Origin: Hormiphora californensis | Taxonomy: Eukaryota; Animalia; Ctenophora | DNA: 64,000 bases | Direction of reading: 5' to 3' | NCBI GenBank assembly: GCA_020137815.1 | Contig: CM035359.1 | Span: forward strand, 1,116,001 to 1,180,000 | Shown: positions 59,109 to 64,000 of the stretch, in pieces | How positions within the stretch are numbered: position 1 is the stretch's first letter | How the letters are laid out: the number at the start of each line of letters is the position of its first letter | Translations under genes and position numbers: made by a program | The notes under the pieces: model-generated | The model's database searches: none | What the model was told of the DNA's origin: nothing | Seen by the model: only the letters and a program-made list of their open reading frames with translations

Positions 59109-59222
59109 TATTGTGTGTCTACGAGTACTAATAATTCTCCCAGACCGAAATATTCCAAACTTGGATAATTCTACAAATTCACTCAATCGTTTTGAAAACA
59201 ACCTTTCTAAACTTTTTGAAAA

Positions 59223-59483
59223 CTTACAATCCAGGAGGGCGGGGTGTCATGACAATTATCTCGCTGCGACCCATTTTAGGAGCTAATTTAATTAGTGGAT
59301 TATAATTAGTAGACCAATCGTAACGTTTTACCGTGTAATTAATTAGCAAATTAACAAAAAATAAAGAAACGGAACTTGTATCAAACTAATGCAGCAAAGT
59401 CAAGCAAAATCACTAACAAGCCTTGTAGGTAAACAAAGAATGAGAATTGAGAGAGAAATAGGAGAGATAGAGAGATAGAGAGA

Positions 59484-59537
<54 letters not shown>

Positions 59538-60711
59538 TGATAAGCTTTACAGAGATAAAAAAGATCTTAGGATTCAGCTCGAGGATATATTATATGGTCA
59601 TGTTTTTTTTCGATTGGACGTTTGACCAAAAATTTTCAGAAGAAAATTGCAAAGCAACCACACGGCTTGGATGGTCACTCATATATGCGATAAGTGCATA
59701 ATACTTTGAACTTTATTATGGTGAAAAAACGGTTACTCTTATTCAACGGCTTTCAGAGATACAGGCTGAAACATCAGTGCGGTTTAAAATTGCGGCACAG
59801 GGCTCTCATGTTGGTCTAGTTATGATTGAACTTTTGAAATTTCAGAAATCAATGTAAATATTTTTTTGTAAAAGGATAGGCTAGGTTTCGGGGGAAAATT
59901 TACTCATATTGTGCGGCACACGGCTATTTTCTACAGCAAATCTTACTCCTAAAGTGTAAAATGAGTAAATTAATGTTTGAGTTTTTGTACGTATCTCCTT
60001 TGAACAATTATAAGTATGATAAGGTGATAACTGGTACTCTCAGTTACTCATATTGTGCGGCACGAGACCTGAAAACAAGGTTGATTTTAGCCAACAGTCA
60101 AAAGAGCCGCAATTTTTGAGTAAACAGATCAAAAACATGGTAGATACAGTAGTTATTGGTGATATGAACTGTATCCAACCACTTTGAGAACTGTTTACTC
60201 ATTTAGTGCGGTGCTACAGCAGGTTAAAGATGAATGCTATTTTTAGCCGCCCCGCACAATTTGAGTAAAATTTGGTAGTTTTATTTAGCTAAGGTGGTTG
60301 TTTATTATATTTGCAATAGTTTAGTATCAATTTACTCATAAAATGGTACCAAAGAAGGGTGTTAAATGCAATTTTAAAAATTCAATTAATTCAACCACCA
60401 TTTACACCGCACAATATGAGTAATTCGCTTACAATCCAGGGGGGCGAGGTGTCATGACAATTATCTCGCTGCGACCCATTTTAGGAGCTAATTTAATTAG
60501 TGGATTATAATTAGTGGACCAATCGTAACGTTTTACCGTGTAATTAATTAGCAAATTAACAACAACAAAAAATTATGAAACGGAACTTTTATCAAACTAA
60601 TGTAGCAAAGTCGATCAAGCAAAATCACTAACAAGCCTTGTAGGTAAACAAACTACAAAGAATGAGAATTGAGAGAAAAAAGAGGGGAAGAGAGAGAGAG
60701 AGAGATAGAGA

Positions 60712-60752
<41 letters not shown>

Positions 60753-60810
60753 CTGATAAGCTTTACAGAGATAAAAAAGATCTTAGGATTCAGCTCGAGG
60801 ATATATATTA
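59223..60810. repeat. ~370-bp direct duplication (59223-59590 and 60428-60810) flanking a segment with repeated ttactcatattgtgcgg motifs
   Basis: Both copies run cttacaatccagg..gtgtcatgacaattatctcgctgcgaccc ... ttcagctcgaggatatat. Confidence 0.75.
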
Positions 60811-61054
60811 TATGCCGACACTACGCACCAGACCCAGCTGATATATTGAGAATGGGAGTAGGAGACAGATTTGTGTGAGGGATGGTATCACAGTCTTTCT
60901 CTTGTTCTCTTTAGTAATAGTAACGATATCACTTTTCTCTCTCTCGCATTGGAATGTTTGGAGGAAATAGCTATCCAGCCCTCGGAATTGAATGATCATG
61001 GGAGATGAAAAAAAGAGAAAGATAGAGAGAGAGGGAGAGAGATAGAGATAGAGA

Positions 61055-61126
<72 letters not shown>

Positions 61127-61143
61127 TAGAGATAGAGAAGGAA

Positions 61144-61174
<31 letters not shown>

Positions 61175-61949
61175 GGGAGAAAGATAGAGATAGAGAAGGA
61201 AAGATAGAGATGTATATACAGGGGCTGTCTCTGAGACCGCAAAATTCGTTGTGTGGTCCGCACAAAAGACTAGCAAATTTGGGTGGGTTGTACAAATAAG
61301 CACACTGAGCGCGCAAATGATGGAGTTTCGCCAATTTTTTTGTACTATGGGATTCACAAGACTCTCACCTACTGCTCAGTGAAAACCCGGTGGAAAACGG
61401 TTGATCACAAGCTTTGCAGTGATCTAAACCGCTGGGTACTTCATTTTATGGTGTATTTCATATTTGGTGGGGTACGGCTCTTTATCCGCATGTCACTAAA
61501 AATTGAGATAGAAACTCGAAAAAAATCGTCTCATGAGTCATCCAAAATCGTCCATTCTACCGATCCCCGGTTTGTTTGGGGTTCCAGGCTCAACCGTCTG
61601 GGAGCCTATTGCCACATAAGTAAAAAAGCAGGTTGATTTTTTTCGACCGGGTCATTTCGCGGTCTCACCAAATGTCACGTGATCTGAGGTGTTGAAAATT
61701 GGATTTCATGTGATTATCTGAGGCTGCAAAACGACTTTTACAAGTAAACATATGAATCTCTCTCCCTCCCACTATTTTACGTTACAATCTCACTTGTGTG
61801 TGCACAGTTACACACAGAAGAGGGGGGGGGGGACCTTCCACCCTTCTGCTTCACAGGACTGTGGACCAAGGGCAGTGCTGATCAAACTGTAAACATTTGC
61901 AACTAATTGATATCAAAGCAAAAATCACCCGACTAATTTCAATAGGCTG

Positions 61950-62649
61950 AATCACATGAGCAACCTTTTTAAAGATCTCAGAGGTCGATAAAGTGATCTA
62001 ATTGGTTATAATAGGGTCTAATTGATCGAAATTACAACTTCTCCCCTGAAAACGCTATGAAGTCGTATGAGGGCACTATACCCACTGACTTGGATACCAT
62101 GATTTACATGAGCATCTTTTCTAAGCTCTCAGAGATCGAGAAAGTGCTCTAATTGAGGATAATTGGGTCTAATTGACCGAAATTACAACTTCTCCCCCAG
62201 AAACACTATCATGACATATTTAGGCACTTACCCCACTGATTTGGATATACGCTGATCCTCATGAGCATATTTTCTAAGTTCTCAGAGATCGATAAAGTGC
62301 TCTAATTGAGGGTAATTGACCAAAATAATTACCACTTTTCCCTGTAATCCCTATAAGTTCATTTGGAGACACTTACCCATTTATTTTGATACCCTGATTC
62401 ACATGAACAGGGCATGAGTATCTTTTATAAGCTCTTATTTGTCATGTGGAAAGAGTGCTCTAATTGAGCACAATTGGGTCTAATTGATCGAAATTACGAT
62501 TCCTCTCAAGAAACGCTATAAATAGGTGTGAGGGCACTTTACCCACTATTTTGCATACCCTGATTCGAATGAACAACTATTCCAAGTTCTCAATGGTGGA
62601 TAAAGTGCTCTAATTGAGCGTAATTGGGTCCAATTGACCAAAATAATTA
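61950..62649. repeat. Degenerate ~125-150 bp tandem repeat (about 5 units), interrupted by the family B element
   Basis: Recurrent aaagtgctctaattgag..aattgggtctaattga..ggcactta.ccca..tgattcacatga. Confidence 0.7.
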
Positions 62650-63496
62650 CAGTCGGACCCCGATTTAACGGCCCCCGATTTAGCGGCACCCCGATTTAAC
62701 GGCAGGATAAATTTCCCCCAAAAATTTTTTTTGGAATTTTTTTGAAAATTTTTGAAAATTTTTCAAAGGTATATCAACCACGTCCGAATCGTGTTTCGAA
62801 TCGGTGCATCTTATTGCATGTCTTGCCGGTAATTAGACGGTTCGAACAGATATGTGATCCCCATGAGACCCATCGAATCGCAATTTTGACACTTGTTAAA
62901 CTGGCTCCATGGGGATCACGTATCAGATCGTTTCGAACCGTCTAATTAGCGACAGGACGTGCGATAAGATGCACTGATTCGAAACACGATTCGGACGTGG
63001 TTGATATACCTTTGAAAAATTTTCATAAACTTTTTTTGCAAAATTTTACAGAATGATTGGTAATGCTTTGATCGGTGCTCCCCATGAATTTTCAGAGAAA
63101 AAGATATTTTAAATTCAAATTCTTCCTCACCCCGCTTAAAGTGCCCCGATTCGGCATGGTATCACGTATCGGTTCGTTTCGAACCGTCTAATTAGCGACA
63201 GGAGATGCGATAAGATGCACTGATTCGATAAACGATTCGGACGTGGTTGATATACATAGTACCTTAGAAATTTTTATAACTTTTTTTGAAAATTTTGAAT
63301 TTTTTTTCTAATCAGAAATGATCATGTAATCAATTCATGGACATTGCATTTAACACTTAGAGGTGTTTTAGTATAGCATTTTGGACAAAAATAGGGTTTT
63401 ATAGGCCAAATATGCTCTACCCCGATTTAACGGACACCCCGATTTAACGGACAAAACTCTTTCCCCCGAGGGTGCCGTTAAATCGGGGTCCGACTG
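62650..63496. mobile_element. Family B element, copy 2
   Basis: Near-identical to 58253-59108, with TA TSD. Short derivatives with related ends occur near 27818, 46232, 50610 and 51042. Confidence 0.88.
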
Positions 63497-64000
63497 TACC
63501 ACTTTTCATATAAGTTCATAAGTTCATTTTAGTCAGGGCATATATGATGGCATGGTGCCAAAAAATGCTGAAAAAGGACATAATTGTTATCAAGCTAATT
63601 CCACTTCTAGTAGGCTCTAATAGGTCCCTAGAAACACCAAAAAAATTGGCCGCGGTTTTATCAATGAAGAAGTTGGGTTTTTCGGCCACGCCCTTTTACC
63701 CATGTTTTTAGCCTTCTGGCGAAAACCAAAACAGGGCTTAGGAAAGGAGTAGAGGCAAATCTAAGGACACTAAAATGTGTAGCGTCCTCGCATTAGTGGG
63801 GGTAGGTGCGGAAATTAATTCTCTATCTCTACGGCTATAGCCACTCTGGAGTGGTTTAGAGACTTTTCACTGGTGCCATTTTGTTCAGAAGAAAAAGTTA
63901 AATCTAAGAGTTGTGAAGAAATTTATGGTCTATCTCTAACCGTTCTGTGGATATTTGCGATCAAAGTATGCCAACTTACTCATTTTTTGGCATTTTAGGC

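Overview
Intron-rich animal genomic DNA, probably a ctenophore (inferred from a secreted domain and a MITE family I associate with Pleurobrachia-like genomes; not verified). The window is full of (GA)n/(CT)n microsatellites and non-autonomous transposons. Genes reconstructed by hand: (+) a 7-Ig type I membrane receptor (4978-15146) with a second, alternative cytoplasmic tail (17000-17491); then four consecutive minus-strand genes: dishevelled (partial, 51294-57246), an intronless MOV10L1/Armitage-type helicase (46791-49724), PAXIP1/PTIP (30604-46566) and NDUFS2 (18359-28827). Two small secreted-protein genes lie antisense inside introns of NDUFS2 and PAXIP1. The most unusual signal is that many tandem repeats are made of the host gene's own splice sites. 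A 64 x 76 bp array copies the NDUFS2 branch point, acceptor and first 37 exon bases, and each junction creates a new GTAAGA donor. A 36 x 47 bp array abuts a PAXIP1 acceptor. At least six smaller acceptor or donor multiplications occur in NDUFS2, the Ig gene and dishevelled. Also seen: candidate micro-exon pairs, an ITAM-like tail, acceptors just upstream of every visible start codon, a degenerate hammerhead motif and a Helitron. Some segments (e.g. 53.8-54.8 kb) look like low-accuracy consensus, so indels and array sizes need read-level checking.
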